A stretch of DNA of 44,372 bases from assembly GCA_019359235.1 (NCBI GenBank), contig JAHHHT010000012.1:195648-240019 (forward strand), given 5' to 3'. Source of the DNA: Oscillatoria princeps RMCB-10 (GTDB lineage Bacteria > Cyanobacteriota > Cyanobacteriia > Cyanobacteriales > Oscillatoriaceae). The notes beneath the pieces are model-generated. The model did not search any database. It worked only from the letters and a program-made list of their open reading frames with translations, and was not told where the DNA came from. The first letter of the stretch is position 1; every line of letters starts with the position of its first letter. The position numbers and the translations under genes were made by a program. This document shows positions 17,403 through 26,975 of this stretch, piece after piece.

Positions 17403-19283
17403 CTACAAGAGCGATAAGTGCGGCTGCGATGGTGCGGAGAGAGAAGCTTGCGATGGGTGTGCGGGAAATTCAATGATAAACTCGGTTCCCTTTTTTGGCC
17501 GGCTTTCCATCCAAATGCGACCCTGATGCACCTGCACCACAATCTGATAGGTAATGGCCAGCCCCAAACCCGTGCCTTTGCCAATCGGTTTGGTGGTAAA
17601 AAAGGGGTCAAAAATTTTTGATTGAATCTCAACCGGCACGCCTGTGCCACTATCGCGCACGCCAATGCGCACCAGCAAATTGCCGGCAGTTTCAACCACC
17701 CCGGTTGTAATTTCAATCAGCTTTTCCGGTTGGGGGGAATCGCTGACAGCATCAATAGCATTGCTGAGCAGGTTCATAAAAACCTGATTCATTTGGCTGG
17801 GGTAGCACTCCACCAGAGGCAGATTGCCGTAGTGCTTGAGTACCCCGATTTTGTCCTTCAGCCGGTGGTGCAGCAGCAGCAGCGTGCTGTCGATGCCTTC
17901 GTGCAGGTCAACTTCTTTTTTTTCCGCCTCATCGAGCCGGGAAAAATTGCGCAGCGACAGGACAATCTGGCGGATGCGATCGGTTCCCACCTTCATAGAA
18001 GCGAGCGTGTCCGGTAAATCTTGCTGGACAAATTCAAAGTCTATCTCCTGTTCAAAGTCGCCTATTTCTGGCGGCAAAGCCGGCAGGGCGGCTCTGTACA
18101 AGCTGAGGAGCTGCATTAAGTCTCGCACATATTCGGTAGTGTGGGGCAGGTTGGCATAAATAAAATTCACGGGGTTGTTAATCTCGTGAGCAATCCCCGC
18201 CACCATTTGCCCCAAGCCAGACATTTTCTCGCTCTGGACGAGCTGCGCCTGGGTTTGTTTCAGTTGGGCTAGGGCTTGGTTGAGTTCTGCTGCTTTTTCG
18301 GCGAGGAGTTTGACTTGTTCTTGAGATTTTTCAAATAACCGCACCTGACGCCACGCCCCAAGAATAGCAATCGCCAGCAACCCGCCCAAAACGCAGGCGA
18401 GCACATTCAGCGCCAGAAGCTGGGATTCGAGATTCTCGCGAGGAATCACCAAAGCAACTGACCAGTTCGCTTCTTGCAGGGGAGAGCAGGCAACATAGTA
18501 CCAGTTCCCATCAAGTTGCGTTAATTCAATGGCTCGCTGCTGGCTCACCATCCGCCGGGCGATCGCCGCTAGGTTGGAGTCTGTGACTTCCAGCAAACTG
18601 GGAGCGGGTTTTTCTAGGGTTCCCCTCAGTTTTGGGTCAGGATGGACAATTGCCCTGCCTTGAGAATTGAGGGCAAAGGCATAACTGTTTGGCCCTTGCT
18701 CGATATGGCTCACAACCTGTTCCAGGCGATCTATTTTAATGGCACCTCCCAGCACGGCTTGCGGCTGGGAGCGCTCGCCAACCGGCGCAGCCACGAGCAC
18801 CTGGACAATGCCGGTGGTGCGGCTAGTCAGGGGATCTGAAACGTAAACTTGTCCCGCCATTGCCCTTTGAAACCACAGCCGGTCTAGAATATTTTGTCCC
18901 TGAGCGTAACCGACTTTGGTCGTGTAAAACGAGCCGTCAGAATAGGCGAAAGTGAAATGGTGGTATTCTTTGAGCCGCTCCACTTCTGACTTGAGATAAG
19001 AGCCAGAAACTTCCCAGTCAAGCGAACCCACCACCGGCGTGTTGGCGATGGTTTCCACCTCAGCTTTGCGCGTGGCTAGCCACCGGTCGATTTCATTGAT
19101 GCCTTGCTGGACTTCTAGCAGAGCTTTTTCCCGCAGCTGTTGCAGGATCAGCTCCCGCACCACCTGATAGCTAGCCAGGGCGATCGCACCCACTGCCAGC
19201 GTCGTGCCTGCAAGAATAGAGAGTACAGCTAAGTTGCGCGGTTTCCGCCGTTGCTGATAGCGGCGCTGCCTGGATTGGAACAT
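17403..19283 (-). CDS. Sensor histidine kinase with a periplasmic double-Cache domain.
   Basis: N-terminal TM segment, a ~250-aa extracytoplasmic dCache-like region, a second TM segment and a coiled coil. The HisKA H-box is MVAGIAHEINNP, followed by HATPase_c (GTGLGLAI). There is no receiver domain and no adjacent response regulator. Confidence 0.85.
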   Translation of the reverse strand: MFQSRQRRYQQRRKPRNLAVLSILAGTTLAVGAIALASYQVVRELILQQLREKALLEVQQGINEIDRWLATRKAEVETIANTPVVGSLDWEVSGSYLKSEVERLKEYHHFTFAYSDGSFYTTKVGYAQGQNILDRLWFQRAMAGQVYVSDPLTSRTTGIVQVLVAAPVGERSQPQAVLGGAIKIDRLEQVVSHIEQGPNSYAFALNSQGRAIVHPDPKLRGTLEKPAPSLLEVTDSNLAAIARRMVSQQRAIELTQLDGNWYYVACSPLQEANWSVALVIPRENLESQLLALNVLACVLGGLLAIAILGAWRQVRLFEKSQEQVKLLAEKAAELNQALAQLKQTQAQLVQSEKMSGLGQMVAGIAHEINNPVNFIYANLPHTTEYVRDLMQLLSLYRAALPALPPEIGDFEQEIDFEFVQQDLPDTLASMKVGTDRIRQIVLSLRNFSRLDEAEKKEVDLHEGIDSTLLLLHHRLKDKIGVLKHYGNLPLVECYPSQMNQVFMNLLSNAIDAVSDSPQPEKLIEITTGVVETAGNLLVRIGVRDSGTGVPVEIQSKIFDPFFTTKPIGKGTGLGLAITYQIVVQVHQGRIWMESRPKKGTEFIIEFPAHPSQASLSAPSQPHLSLL

Positions 19284-19427
19284 TTACCGCAATTTTTTAT
19301 AAAGAGTGGAATCTATTCTTAGGATAGCGCCGGCCTGCAACTCAGGACTGTCTGGCTTGCCAGCGCAGTCGCCGCCAGAGGCGGGGAAAACGGGAGCATC
19401 CCGATTTTGTAAGTCTATTCATTTTTT

Positions 19428-19491
19428 GTAGCACAGGCGTCTCGCCTGTGCCAGAAAAATAGCTGTGGGACAGGCAAGATGCCTGTCCTAC
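19428..19491. repeat. Two adjacent family-B hairpins (gtagcacaggcgtctcgcctgtgc ... gggacaggcaagatgcctgtcctac).
   Basis: Inverted repeats in the divergent region between the kinase and the pump gene. Confidence 0.6.
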
Positions 19492-19705
19492 AAGAGATGG
19501 GTTTACAAAAATGGGATGCTCCCGGGAAGACTCTGCCGGCCATACCCTTGAGGCTGCTGAATCGGATTCGCTATCGCGCAACAATCGGTGCCCCAGTCAC
19601 TGTGCCGGTTGCCACCGGCACAGGCGCTAATCCCCAATGGCGAATGGCACCGGGAAGAGGTACAATTCTGAAATATCAATTATCAATTAGAGATGCAAAA
19701 GAAGA

Positions 19706-22700
19706 ATGTCAGGATTTAGCGTCAGCGCAACTGCCATCCGCCAGCACATCGGCACCCTCATGCTCACCCTAACAGTAGTAGTGGTGGGGGTTTTCTTCCT
19801 CTCCCAGCTGCAGGTGGATTTATTGCCTAGCATCACCTACCCCCGGATTGGGGTGCGCCTCAGCGCCCCCGGCGTCTCCCCAGAAGTGGGAGTCGAGGAA
19901 ATTACCAAACCCCTGGAAGAAGCCTTCTCCGCCACAGAGGGAGTGGTGCAGATTTTTTCCCAAACCCGCGAGGGACAAATCAGTTTAGATTTGTTCTTCC
20001 AGCCGGGGGGCGATATTGAGCAAGCGCTCAACGACGCCACCGCTTCCTTTAACCGCGCCCGAGGGCGGCTCCCAGACACCATCGAACAGCCGCGCCTGTT
20101 TAAATTTGACCCCTCCCAGCAGCCGGTCTACGAATTTGCCCTCACTTCCCCCGGATTGCGGGATGTGGATTTGCGCGTGTTTGCCGATCAGCAACTGTCG
20201 CGGGAACTGGGCGTGGTTCCCGGCGTCGCGGGAGTCGATGTTGCCGGCGGGGTGAGAGAAGAAGTCAGGGTTTTGCTTGACCTCGACCGGCAGCAAGCTT
20301 TAGGAGTCGGCTTGAGGGATGTGCTCGACACTCTGAGAACCCGCAACCAGGACATTTCTGGCGGGCGCATCCTGGGGGAAAATTCCGAACCGCTAACCCG
20401 CACTGTGGGCAGGTTTAAAAATGCCGGTGAAATTAACACCCTGTCTTTTGATGCCGGGTCTTCAACCTCCAGCCGGCGCGTCTACCTGCGAGACTTTGCC
20501 GAAGTGATTGACGGCACCGAAGACCAGCGGGTTTTCGTTTCTCTCAACGGAGAGCCGGCAGTAAAAGTCAGCATCCAAAAGCAGCCAGACGCTAATACCA
20601 TCACCGTTGTGGACGGGGTTAAAAAACGCCTGGAAGAGCTGCGGGAGTCTGGCTTGATTCCGGAGGAAATGATTTTAATCCCGACCCTGGATGAGTCCCG
20701 CTTCATCCGCAACTCTCTCTCCGATGTGATTAATTCTGGCATTTCTGGAGCTTTGCTGGCTGCAGTGGCGGTGCTGTTCTTTTTGGGTTCGCTCCGCCAA
20801 ACTTTTATTATATCACTGACCATTCCCCTGTGCACACTTGCGGCGCTGATTTTAATGAAGCTGTTGGGCTTGTCCCTGAATTTGTTCAGTCTCGCCGGCC
20901 TAGCTTTGGGGATTGGTCAAGCCATCGACACCAGCGTCGTCATCTTGGAAAATATTGCCGTTGGCGTCAGCACCAATCCGGCAATCACCAGGCGGCGGAA
21001 AAAGAACGCACGCCAGATAATTGAAGAGGCTATCTCGCGGGGGAAAGAGGTAGAATCGTCCATGATTGCCTCCACCGGCGCGAACCTGATATCCGTGCTG
21101 CCATTTCTCCTGGTAGGCGGCTTTTTTTCGCTGCTGTTCAGCGAGTTAATTCTCACCATTTGCTTTGCCGTAGCCGCCTCACTTTTGGTGGCGCTGACTG
21201 TGACGCCGGTGCTGATGTCTCGCCTGCTGGGAATTTCCTGGTCGAGTCGCATCAGTGAGTTCTGGCTGCTGAAACAGTTTAACGCCCGGTTTGAGGACGC
21301 TAAACGCGCCTACGCTGGGGCTTTGAGTTGGGCGCTGCGCTACCGGCTGCTCGTGATAGCGCTCGCCTTCTTGGTGCTCGGCGGCGGCAGCTTGCAGCTC
21401 GCCGGTCAAATTCCCCAAGAAATTCTCCCCCGCATCAACACCGGCCAAGCTAATTTAGTCGCGCAGTTCCCTCCCGGAACGCCTCTGGAAACCAACCGCA
21501 AAGTCATGGGCATTGTCGATGAAATTCTCCGCAATCAGCCAGAAACAGACTATGTTTTTACCACTGCCGGCGGGTTTCTTTTCGGCAGCAACACCACTTC
21601 CAACGCCCTGCGGGCTTCTAGCACAATTACCCTGAAGCCAGGAACTGACGTTCAGGATTTTGTGCAGCGTGCGAGCGCGGAGTTTGACAAGCTGAACTTG
21701 GCTGGAATTCGCTTGCGGCTCAATCCGGGTCAGCTGCGCGGGATTATCCTGACCAACTCGCCGGTGCGGGGGGCTGATGTTGATATTATCCTCCAGGGGG
21801 ATGACGAGCAAAAACTGCGTCAGGCGGGGCGTCAGATACTGGCGGCGCTGGATGAGGGCGTGACGCAGGCGCGGTTTCGACCGGATGCTGATGACCGGCA
21901 GCCAGAAGTGCAAATTCATCCGGAATGGGAGCGTCTGGCGGCTTTTGGGCTGACGGCGCAAGATATTGGCGACACCATTCAGACGGCAATTCAAGGTTCT
22001 GTCCCGACTCAGCTGCAGCGGGGCGAGCGCTTAGTAGACGTGCGGGTGCAGCTCGCTCAGGAGTCGGTGCGCCGCCCTTCGCAGCTAGCACAAATTCCTT
22101 TATTTGTCAATGGCAACCGGCAAATTCGTTTGAGCGATGTGGCGGAAATTAAGGAAGGACAAGCGCCGGGGGAAATTCAGCGAATTAACCAGCGCAACAG
22201 TGTCCTGATTGCCGGCAGTTTGAACAAGGGGGCGACCCTGAGTGATGCGCTGGCGCAAGTGAATAAGGTGCTTGCCGGTGTGGAATTGCCCGAAGGGGTG
22301 ACGGTGCTGCCTTCTTCAGCCGGTCAGACGAATCAGGAATTGCAGAATTCTCTGAAAACTTTGGGGGGACTTTCGGCGTTTTTGGTATTTGTGGTAATGG
22401 CGGTGCAGTACAATTCTCTGCTCGACCCGCTGGCGATTATGTTCACGGTTCCGCTAGCGCTTGCCGGCGGGATTTTGGGGCTTTACGTCACTCAGACCGC
22501 CATCGGCGCAACAGTGCTCGTGGGTGCGGTGCTGCTGGTGGGTATTGTGGTGAATATCGGGATTATCATGGTGGAGCAGGCTAACCAAATTCGGGAAGAG
22601 GAAGGTGTTAGCCGGCAGGCGGCGATCTTGAAAGCCGCTCCCCAGCGGTTGCGCCCGATTATGATGACAACCATCACCACAGTTTTGGGGCTGTTTCCCC

Positions 22701-22945
22701 TGGCGCTGGGAATTGGGGAAGGTGCAGAATTTATGCAGCCCTTGGGGGTGGTGGTGTTTTCGGGGATGTCTGTATCGACGCTCCTGACGCTGTTTATTAT
22801 TCCCTGTCTGTACACTTTGCTGCACGACTTTCCCGCGCTATTTCGCGTGAGGAAGTTGAAGAAGTTGAAGGTGCCGGTGGCTGTTTCTGATGAGATTCCT
22901 GAGATTTCTCCTGAGATTCCTGAGATTCCTGTCGGGAAGAAATAG
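19706..22945 (+). CDS. Efflux RND transporter permease (AcrB/HAE family).
   Basis: The protein is 1079 aa with 12 TM segments and two large periplasmic loops. The C-terminal tail carries KLKKLK and EIPEISPEIPEIP repeats. Confidence 0.9.
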   Translation: MSGFSVSATAIRQHIGTLMLTLTVVVVGVFFLSQLQVDLLPSITYPRIGVRLSAPGVSPEVGVEEITKPLEEAFSATEGVVQIFSQTREGQISLDLFFQPGGDIEQALNDATASFNRARGRLPDTIEQPRLFKFDPSQQPVYEFALTSPGLRDVDLRVFADQQLSRELGVVPGVAGVDVAGGVREEVRVLLDLDRQQALGVGLRDVLDTLRTRNQDISGGRILGENSEPLTRTVGRFKNAGEINTLSFDAGSSTSSRRVYLRDFAEVIDGTEDQRVFVSLNGEPAVKVSIQKQPDANTITVVDGVKKRLEELRESGLIPEEMILIPTLDESRFIRNSLSDVINSGISGALLAAVAVLFFLGSLRQTFIISLTIPLCTLAALILMKLLGLSLNLFSLAGLALGIGQAIDTSVVILENIAVGVSTNPAITRRRKKNARQIIEEAISRGKEVESSMIASTGANLISVLPFLLVGGFFSLLFSELILTICFAVAASLLVALTVTPVLMSRLLGISWSSRISEFWLLKQFNARFEDAKRAYAGALSWALRYRLLVIALAFLVLGGGSLQLAGQIPQEILPRINTGQANLVAQFPPGTPLETNRKVMGIVDEILRNQPETDYVFTTAGGFLFGSNTTSNALRASSTITLKPGTDVQDFVQRASAEFDKLNLAGIRLRLNPGQLRGIILTNSPVRGADVDIILQGDDEQKLRQAGRQILAALDEGVTQARFRPDADDRQPEVQIHPEWERLAAFGLTAQDIGDTIQTAIQGSVPTQLQRGERLVDVRVQLAQESVRRPSQLAQIPLFVNGNRQIRLSDVAEIKEGQAPGEIQRINQRNSVLIAGSLNKGATLSDALAQVNKVLAGVELPEGVTVLPSSAGQTNQELQNSLKTLGGLSAFLVFVVMAVQYNSLLDPLAIMFTVPLALAGGILGLYVTQTAIGATVLVGAVLLVGIVVNIGIIMVEQANQIREEEGVSRQAAILKAAPQRLRPIMMTTITTVLGLFPLALGIGEGAEFMQPLGVVVFSGMSVSTLLTLFIIPCLYTLLHDFPALFRVRKLKKLKVPVAVSDEIPEISPEIPEIPVGKK

Positions 22946-22997
22946 GGAGAGGAACCCCACCCCCTAGCTCCCTCCCCGGAAGCGGGAAGGGGGGATA

Positions 22998-23130
22998 AGG
23001 GACAGGCGAGACGCCTGTCCTACGTCTTTTCTCGTTCCCAGGCGGAGCCTGGGAACGCACACAGGGAGGCTCTGCCTCCTTTTTTTGCCTGGGAAGGGAC
23101 AGGCGGGACGCCTGTCCTACGTCTTTTTTT
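22998..23130. repeat. Cluster of three elements: family-B hairpin, family-C element, family-B hairpin.
   Basis: The three pieces are gggacaggcgagacgcctgtcctac (22998..23023), cgttcccaggcggagcctgggaacg...gggaggctctgcctcc (23033..23079) and gggacaggcgggacgcctgtcctac (23106..23130). Confidence 0.65.
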
Positions 23131-23205
23131 TGTTTCCTAGAGCGGGAAAATCGGAAAGCAGAATTTTGGCCTATTTTTTCTGGCGAAACCTAGCAAGGCA
23201 AAGCC

Positions 23206-23985
23206 TTACCAAGAATCATAGTCCGTCACGTCGATAGTGGTTCCCGTTTTTAAGTCTTCCACTTTAACGGAAAAGCCGGTGGGCCCGATACTAACCTGGC
23301 CGAACTTATAGATATATCTAGATGTTAGCGCCTCTTCGCCCACCCAGTTGGGCCAAGCAACCAGATTCTGATATTCTCGATCGGCAATTTTGCAAATCAG
23401 CTGTGCGTTTCGCTTTCCAGTCCAAGGATGGGACAATTCCTCATCCGTTACATAGGGTAAAAATGAATACTGAATTTCCGTTTCTCTCGCCCACTCAGCT
23501 TGTTCCTCTGGACGGCTGAGCGGCCTGATTAACTCTAAAGCTTCTTGGGCGAGGCTATGCCACACTTTCAGCTTGCAGCGACCGGCATCCAAAATTTGAA
23601 AGCAGTAAATACAGGCACCGCTGCTGCCACCCGCTCCATAATAAGGCAGGATTTTACCCGCTTTTTTTGCCTGTTTCATCAATTCTAATATACTCCTGTC
23701 CACTGGAAATCTCCCCCGGTAATAGCCAGTCGCTAGCTGTTCTTCAAACACTTGGGTGTCAACTTCGCGCTCCCACTGATAAATTTTGTCTAATTCCTCA
23801 CCGGCAGCCACCCGAAATCCAATTTCGCCGTTTAAATGCTGAACTTCTATCACCGGTTGCTCCCTCCTAGATGATTTATTGATAGCGGTTCTCAGTTTGT
23901 GATGGTACGCCTGTCCAAAACAAAACAGTTTGCTTTTTGACGATAATTTCCAGCCCCACGGCGCAGTGTCGCTCGTGCCGGTCAT
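23206..23985 (-). CDS. Hypothetical protein (259 aa).
   Basis: Intact ORF with no recognisable domain. It contains GAGGSSGACIYC. It is divergent from the PIN toxin module. Confidence 0.4.
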   Translation of the reverse strand: MTGTSDTAPWGWKLSSKSKLFCFGQAYHHKLRTAINKSSRREQPVIEVQHLNGEIGFRVAAGEELDKIYQWEREVDTQVFEEQLATGYYRGRFPVDRSILELMKQAKKAGKILPYYGAGGSSGACIYCFQILDAGRCKLKVWHSLAQEALELIRPLSRPEEQAEWARETEIQYSFLPYVTDEELSHPWTGKRNAQLICKIADREYQNLVAWPNWVGEEALTSRYIYKFGQVSIGPTGFSVKVEDLKTGTTIDVTDYDSW

Positions 23986-24144
23986 TTGTAAACGAGGCGC
24001 TTTGGTGAGCCAGTCAGACGCCTTCCCCTACCACCGGCTCCTGGCCACTTCTAATCAGTAGCTCGGTTCAACTAGCAGGGCATTGCGCCTTACCGACAGC
24101 TGTGCTATCATTATAATATGTTTTTAAGGGAAAAGGTAGGAATA

Positions 24145-24380
24145 ATGCCAGCCCTCACATTAACCGACGACCAGGTGATTGAATTAGTCAAGCAATTGCC
24201 TCGTAGCAAACAAGAAGAATTGTGCAACTAGCGCAGCCTTGGTAATCCTGGGCGAACTTGGCGCAGGATGCACCAGAGAAGGCGCGGCGTGCTGCTGCGA
24301 AACGGGGGCGAGACTGGGATGCCATGACAGAGGATGAGCGCGAAGAGTTTATTGATGAAGTGCTCCACGAGGAAGAATGA
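24145..24380 (+). pseudogene. Candidate antitoxin gene upstream of the PIN toxin, with a broken reading frame.
   Basis: ATG 24145 opens the frame MPALTLTDDQVIELVKQLPRSKQEELCN, which stops at TAG 24229. In a different frame a plausible C-terminal half follows, (L)AQDAPEKARRAAAKRGRDWDAMTEDEREEFIDEVLHEEE*. Its TGA overlaps the PIN ATG as ATGA. Confidence 0.4.
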
Positions 24381-24793
24381 CAGCCCCCACAGTTGTGTTC
24401 GGCACGAACATCCTGATATCTGCCGTCCTCTCACTGGCTGGCAAACCGTTTCAATGTACAGCACTGGCGAAAAGGGGTTTAGTAAAATCTGTCACCTGTC
24501 AGGAAATTCTTAATGAGTTTCAAGAAAAACTTACAGTCAAGTTCGAGTATGAGCCTCAACGCGCTCAAGCCTTTGTTCAAGAGGTACTCGACTATTCAGA
24601 GCTGGTGACGCTGACAAATACTCTCAGAGTAGTCGATGCTGACCCTGACGATGATATGGTTTTAGAGTGCGCCGTTGTCGGAGATGCTAGTTATATTATT
24701 ACAGGAGACCGGCATCTCCTGACCCTCGTCAGTTATCATGGTATTTCTATTCTTAAAGCAGCCGATTTTCTCGCTCTGCTTTTCCAGGGGTGA
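24377..24793 (+). CDS. PIN-domain toxin (putative toxin-antitoxin system toxin component, PIN family).
   Basis: Reads MTAPTVVFGTNILISAV...VVDADPDDDMVLECAVVGDASYIITGDRHLL. Acidic residues sit at PIN-like positions and there is a C-terminal ITGD motif. Confidence 0.65.
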   Translation: MTAPTVVFGTNILISAVLSLAGKPFQCTALAKRGLVKSVTCQEILNEFQEKLTVKFEYEPQRAQAFVQEVLDYSELVTLTNTLRVVDADPDDDMVLECAVVGDASYIITGDRHLLTLVSYHGISILKAADFLALLFQG

Positions 24794-24857
24794 GGTAGAT
24801 TATAAACAGCGAACGCGCTCATCTCGCCTGTCCTCTCGCCTGTCCAAAACACAACAC

Positions 24858-24952
24858 CGGGGGCGGCCACGGGGGGCCGCCCCTATAGGCTGTGGGCCAT
24901 TTTCTCGTTCCCAGCCTCAGGCTGGGAACGCACAGAGGGAGGCTCTGCCTCC
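24858..24952. repeat. Family-E hairpin (ccgggggcggccacggggggccgcccctatagg) followed by a family-C element (gttcccagcctcaggctgggaac...gggaggctctgcctcc).
   Basis: Inverted repeats. Confidence 0.6.
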
Positions 24953-25025
24953 TTTTCCTCGCCGCAACACCGGCGCTTCCCAGCTAAACCAGCAACTAGC
25001 GCTGATATAGCAGCAGTCATATTGG

Positions 25026-25409
25026 TTAGGACAATAGGAGCAACGGGAGCCGGGGAGCCGGGGAGCCGGGGAGGCCGGAATGTACGTTCCCTAAGTGCCT
25101 ACTGCTATATAAGAACCGGGCAAAGTCCAGCACTTCCCGCCGGCGCTCCTCAGAGAGATGAGCGATCGTCGCCGCGATCTTCTCCGATACTGACAGCCAA
25201 GTTTTGGTTTTCGCCTTCCAGACGACAATAAATTGCTCTGACGACAGCCGGCAGAGAGCTAAAGTTTCTCCCTCTTGATTGCTAAACTCCACCTCCCAGG
25301 TACTGTCGGGGTAACACTCCACTATCGCCCCTTGAACTCCTGAACGCAGGTTATGTTCAGGCAAGTCGGCTAGCAATTCTATCACATCGAACAGTTCTGG
25401 CTCAGTCAT
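25026..25409 (-). CDS. DUF4926-like N-terminal domain fused to a DUF2281-like (antitoxin-type) C-terminal segment. The 3' end of the ORF is uncertain.
   Basis: Reads MTEPELFDVIELLADLPEHNLRSGVQGAIVECYPDSTWEVEF, then EKIAATIAHLSEERRREVLDFARFL. The last ~25 codons run through a ggagccgg x4 simple repeat at 25036..25070. Confidence 0.45.
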   Translation of the reverse strand: MTEPELFDVIELLADLPEHNLRSGVQGAIVECYPDSTWEVEFSNQEGETLALCRLSSEQFIVVWKAKTKTWLSVSEKIAATIAHLSEERRREVLDFARFLYSSRHLGNVHSGLPGSPAPRLPLLLLS

Positions 25410-25465
25410 CGTCGCCTCCGTACATATAGGCGTCTCGCCTGTCCTCTCCTACCCCACACAGATTT

Positions 25466-25541
25466 GTAGGGTGCGTTCCCTCTTCGGGAACGCACCCTAC
25501 CCCTACGAAGCATTACTCCCCTCCCCGCCGGCGGGGAGGGG
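25466..25541. repeat. Family-A hairpin (25466..25500) followed by a family-F hairpin (cccctccccgccggcggggagggg, 25518..25541).
   Basis: Inverted repeats. A family-F copy is present in reverse orientation at 38061..38085. Confidence 0.65.
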
Positions 25542-25554
25542 TTGGGGGTGGGGT

Positions 25555-26886
25555 TTACCCAATACACCGCTCAATCAACTCTTCCACCCCACTCACCGGC
25601 ACAATCCTCACCCCCAACTTCCCCGCAACTTCCCCCACCGTCATATCATCCAAAAACTTCGCCTCCCCATGCTTCAGCATCACCGAAGGCAGCAGAATCC
25701 CATCCCCCAAATCTTTCCCCTCCAAATTATACAGCAAATCCTCCCCAGTCAGCAAGCCGGTGACAGTAATATTTTGCCCCCAGTACCGGCTGGGAAAAGC
25801 CGCCATCTTCACCTCCAGCCCTTCAACCTGATTCAACCGGCACACAATCGGCCCAAACGCCCTCTCAACCGCATTCCCCACCACCCAAGTCAGCCGGCGC
25901 GGCGGAGATACAGCCGCCGGCAATAACCGCTCAGCAGCCCCTTCAAACTCTTTGAGAAACAGCCGAATCGAACCCACCCCATTGCCAATCTGGGGATAAT
26001 CTTCATACTCCGATTCTGCCGGCAACTCCTGACCGGCAATCAAAAACCACTCATCCGCCAGCCAAGCGCAATTCGACTTCATCTCCCGGCGAAACTTCTC
26101 TTGCAAAGCTCGCACTTGCGCAATCACTTCCCGCGCCTTTTCCGGAGTCACCGGCACCAGCTCATCCGCTGCCGGCCTGAACCTCGTCAGACCGGCAGGC
26201 ACCACCGCCACCGACGCCACAGCCGGCACCTTGCCGGTGTGAAACTTCGCCAAATCTAGCAAAGTCCTCTCCAAATGCTCCCCATCATTAATCCCCGGAC
26301 AGACAACCACCTGCGCGTGAACTTGCAACCGCCGCTTTTTAAACCACTTCAGCTGCTCCAAAATCTGACCGGCGCGCAAATTCTTCAGCAAGCGAACCCG
26401 CACCTCTGGCTCAGTCGCGTGCACCGACACATACAGCGGAGACAGCCGCATCCTCTCAATTCTATCCCATTCCTTCTGCGTCAAATTCGTCAGCGTCAAA
26501 TAGCTGCCATAAAGAAAACTCAGCCGGTAGTCATCATCCTTCAGATAGAGAGTTTCCCGCTTTCCCGGCGGCTGCTGGTCGATAAAGCAGAAAGGGCAGC
26601 GATTGTTGCACTGCATCAACCCATCAAATAGCGCCGTTTCAAACTCCAGCCCCAAATCCTCATCGAAATCCTTTTCAATTTCCAGCCGGTGCGTTTTCCC
26701 CTTGACATCTAAGACTTCTAGTGCTAAAATTTCATCAGCGCACAAGAATTTGTAGTCGATCAGGTCGCGGGGGCGCTCGCCGTTTATCGCCACGAGCCGG
26801 TCGCCCGGTTCAAACCCAATTTCCGCTGCTATCGAGTCGGGCAGCACCTTAGTGATTACGGCAGGACGAATTGAACTTTCACTCAT
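25555..26886 (-). CDS. DUF512 protein: N-terminal PDZ domain plus a radical-SAM-like core.
   Basis: PDZ segment (VITKVLPDSIAAEIGFEPGDRLVAINGE), then the Cys motif CNNRCPFCF. The length and architecture match the DUF512 family, which is common in cyanobacteria. Confidence 0.7.
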   Translation of the reverse strand: MSESSIRPAVITKVLPDSIAAEIGFEPGDRLVAINGERPRDLIDYKFLCADEILALEVLDVKGKTHRLEIEKDFDEDLGLEFETALFDGLMQCNNRCPFCFIDQQPPGKRETLYLKDDDYRLSFLYGSYLTLTNLTQKEWDRIERMRLSPLYVSVHATEPEVRVRLLKNLRAGQILEQLKWFKKRRLQVHAQVVVCPGINDGEHLERTLLDLAKFHTGKVPAVASVAVVPAGLTRFRPAADELVPVTPEKAREVIAQVRALQEKFRREMKSNCAWLADEWFLIAGQELPAESEYEDYPQIGNGVGSIRLFLKEFEGAAERLLPAAVSPPRRLTWVVGNAVERAFGPIVCRLNQVEGLEVKMAAFPSRYWGQNITVTGLLTGEDLLYNLEGKDLGDGILLPSVMLKHGEAKFLDDMTVGEVAGKLGVRIVPVSGVEELIERCIG

Positions 26887-26929
26887 ACCAATTACTTCTT
26901 TCTCTTCTCAACCGGCAACAATTACAGAT

Positions 26930-26975
26930 TTCGTCTCTCGTTCCCAGGCTCTGCCTGGGAACGCAATCTGGAGGC
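26930..26975. repeat. Family-C element (gttcccaggctctgcctgggaac ... ggaggctctgcctcc).
   Basis: Inverted repeat with the same modules as at 13201, 23033 and 24908. Confidence 0.6.

Noticed and set aside
19479-19772. 97-aa ORF upstream of and overlapping the RND pump start.
   Set aside because: It spans two hairpin repeat elements and the pump's start codon, and its composition is featureless. It is most likely non-coding promoter or leader sequence.
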